A DNA stretch of 54,968 nt, the filler included, from Bipalium vagum (Eukaryota): assembly GCA_037834085.1 (NCBI GenBank). It is 3 parts of 3 records of this genome, joined end to end, with 100 filler letters (N's around TTAATTAATTAA, not from the genome) between each part and the next. Parts side by side here need not be neighbours in the genome. Positions count along the whole stretch, not along the records: positions 38,070 to 54,968 come from JBBMKC010087359.1; 2 more parts are not named here. One strand, written 5' to 3'. The notes under the pieces are model-generated. The model was not told where the DNA came from. It ran no database searches and saw only the letters and a program-made list of their open reading frames with translations. A program made the position numbers and the translations under genes. Below are positions 52,130-54,968 of this stretch, in pieces. Position 1 is the stretch's first letter; each line of letters begins with the position of its first letter.

Positions 52130-52250
52130 TCGATTGAGCATTGTGTCTTCACAACCATTCATGTAGATGTGAATCCAAGACATCTCCATAGACTCCCTTC
52201 ATGCCACGATCTTAGTCTTCAGTTTCCACAAAATCAAATCAATTCCTGTC
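52130..52250 (-). mobile_element. Merlin/ISXO2-like transposase C-terminal fragment
   Basis: WKLKTKI..GMKGVYGDVLDSHLHEWL*R resembles WxxLKxxI..GVxxxxLxSYLxEFMWR. Confidence 0.45.
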
Positions 52251-52797
52251 AAATAAAATACTTGGTGTAATTGACCGGTCAAAAAATGATACTAGATGGT
52301 CATTTAGGCCAAAAAAATATGATCCAAAAATTATCTTATGGTATAAAATTATATAATAAAAACAAAATAAATTATTTCTAATCATTTTAATTATTTTTTT
52401 TAATATTTAAAATATACACGTTATAATGAATAAGAAGGAAATTGTTGCTTTGGCAACTAAGAAAATGCGGATTTTTATAACGTAATTTTTCATTATACGT
52501 TTATAATCAATATATGTTAATAATCAATATTATTAATAAATATTTTTGTTTATTTAAACTGATGATAAACAATTAATATATCGTTGTTTAAATTAGTCAT
52601 TTTCAAAAAAATTCTTAGCAAATATTTGAAAGAATGGAAAACATAAATATTCATGTTTGTCACTTTATAGTTTTCTACTTTATAATAAAGAATAAATGCA
52701 ACACAAGCGTACAATGAGATGTGTGACGTATATTTGAATGAAGCCATAAAGGAAGGGAGATGATAAATTTCGCTGTGATTTTTTCAATATTGGAAAA

Positions 52798-53080
52798 GAA
52801 TTTCATTCGATAAAGCTGTAGCATTTTGTTTTAAATGACTAATTTAATCTCGTAGGAATATTAATTTTTAACTTTACTTTTGTAGCTATATAATATGTTA
52901 ATTAAATTTAACGAAAGTGGACGTTATTAGGGTTGCTGTGTTCCCATAAAACGCTTCTCTAATTAAAAACATTACTCTGTAGTCTGGATTCTAAAAAAAA
53001 TTGTATAACATAAGGAATATTAAATTAACCTTGACGAAAGACCTTCAATGATATCGAAGGTAATTTTCCGGAAAATAGTT
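52798..53080 (-). repeat. Right arm of a ~290-nt inverted repeat pair
   Basis: Reverse complement of 50150-50440, diverged. Confidence 0.85.
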
Positions 53081-54067
53081 TTTCTTTTTACAATTATAGT
53101 CCAACCTGTTTAAGTTGATCACCTTGGGACCAATATTCCGATGTTGTTCAAATAAAAAAATGTTAAACATACAAAGGGTAAATTACATAACAAAAAAGAT
53201 TACGATGAATACAAAACACTTCAAAAAATGTTCAACTTAAAAAGCGTTCCACTTGAACAGGTTTCAATGCATATTTTTTAAGAACATGCAAAATCATTAA
53301 TTTTTAGTAAATTTCAAATCTATAAATAAATAAATAATAATTACGTTATAAATAATTAATAAAATTAATCAATAATTCTTAGTTCAATTTTAGAAAAGCA
53401 CTAAAGTTATTAAAAGGACCTTTGCTTATAAGTTACATCAAATTTCCGTCTAAGTAATATTTTAATCTTTCGCGTATCATTTGAACGTTCAAGGAAAAAA
53501 CGGTAAAATATAATCAAAGTTCCAATCATGACATCATCAACTTATTTTTATCAATATAAATATTTTTGTTAATTTCTGCAGTATACGTATTTTAATGTGA
53601 CTTCAGTGTTTCACCTCCTCACGTTTCCCTCTATTTCATGGTTATCTCATTATCCTTTTTTTTTGTGTCTCATTGCTAAAAACCTTATTTTTTAATCTTT
53701 TATCTGTTGATTGATTTTTTCCTGATTTTAAAGTTTACAATTAAAGATTAACCCTTATGGACCAACACAGGTCGATTTGACCCAAACAAAATCCATCAAT
53801 CCATACATCTCTGTTGGTCTTATTCTGGTTTCAATGAGTATTGAGTATTGTTTTTGAGTATTTGTAAAGTGCTCTTTCCAACTGTGATAAAATTATTTCG
53901 AAAGGTTTTATGGTTTAAAATTAATTTGTAAAATATTTTAAAATCACATTAACGACCAAATGGGTCGAAATTGTCCAATATTTCTTTTATTGAGTTTTTT
54001 AATAACCCAAGGATAATATCAAGTATAAGTCCGTTATTCATATTATATTTAAGAAAGATTCAACGAT

Positions 54068-54650
54068 TTACTCATGGTAAGCACCTTTGAACAATGGATG
54101 GCAACACTTCTTATGATGTATATAAGAAGTATATATATGTTGGTCGATTTTAGGACCTTTGAAAGTCTGAATATTAAATTCTTTTAATATATAAAATAAT
54201 AAAAAAAAATTATTTCCCTTACAAAGTAACACCATCAATAAAAGGTTTATTGATAAATGGGTAAGTGGAAGTTCCGTGCGATTTTTAAATGGAAAGTTTG
54301 ACAATGGATCTTTGATTTTTTTATCATTATCCTTTTCAGTGTATCGGTTTTAATAAAAAATCAAATTCCATTCACCAAAATAATATTTATCAATTGATCT
54401 TTTCAATGTGATAAATTTTTGACAAGGTCCCTCGGATCATAATTATGGCAAATCGTTACATTTTTATCTTTACATTCTAAAATACGGAGACCCTTAATTT
54501 TCATAAACGTTACTGAAATTCTGAAGTTGAATTCTTTGCCACTGTCATAACAATCGTATCAATACTTGTATTTGTGAGAGCACCCCCGTCCAATAGCCAG
54601 AATTTTGTTTGACCGAAGTCTGTAGTGATCCGGACTTTGAAGTTCATCAA
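54068..54650 (-). mobile_element. Decayed hAT (hATm-like) transposase fragment
   Basis: ILAIG..G..TNT at ~54600 (cf. AIGCDGTxVNTG) plus weak downstream similarity; GGTCGATTTGACCC subterminal-type palindromes at ~53770 and ~53962. Confidence 0.35.
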
Positions 54651-54940
54651 ATAACCGGTCTCTAGTTTTCGGTATTGTATAAAATATAATCAAAAAAATA
54701 AACAGACCGAACTGAGAGTCATTGGAAGTCAATTTAACTAATCATGAACATTTTCGATCATAAAATATAAATAAAAAAATAATTCTGAGATAAAATTCAA
54801 GGTCAGTTAATATTAATAATAGTGAGGGTCAAGCGAGTCAAGTAATTATATATAAATAAAAGAATATTTTAATAAATAAGCGCATTTCACTTGAAAATAT
54901 TTCATGATTTTTATTTCCATCAATGTGTGCACAATTTGAA

Positions 54941-54968
54941 ATTATTATTATTATTATTATTATTTATT
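54941..54968. repeat. (ATT)n microsatellite at window end
   Basis: Tandem ATT. Confidence 0.9.

Noticed and set aside
1-54968. CRISPR arrays, rRNA/tRNA genes or prokaryotic operons
   Set aside because: None seen; spliceosomal introns and the TE content show the window is eukaryotic.

Overview
Very AT-rich eukaryotic (invertebrate-type) genomic DNA from a draft scaffold, with two 100-nt N gaps carrying a TTAATTAATTAA linker and several (ATT)n microsatellites. Host genes supported by the sequence, all on the minus strand: (i) a multi-exon gene with mostly tiny introns (40-160 nt) and one ~5.9-kb TE-filled intron, encoding two Trp-rich repeats, a UBA/CUE-like motif and a coiled coil (exons from 8654 down to at least 1064); (ii) an intact barrier-to-autointegration factor (BAF) CDS at 10687-10956; (iii) two exons of an acatalytic carbonic-anhydrase-related protein (30618-30806, 28200-28295). 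The rest is mostly decayed mobile DNA: many mariner/Tc1 relics (one Tc1 with both TIRs), hAT, m44-like, piggyBac-like and Merlin-like fragments, and two Ty3/Gypsy relics. The most notable items are an ~8-kb endogenous Polinton/Maverick (adintovirus-like) relic at ~13.3-21.1 kb (pPolB N-terminus, penton, core-protein-like ORF, and two inverted, diverged protease+fiber cassettes) and a Gypsy relic at 39.0-44.6 kb with an env-like region in frame with integrase plus an extra 3' ORF. No intact, demonstrably novel system is evident. All family calls come from motif recognition by eye, not database searches.
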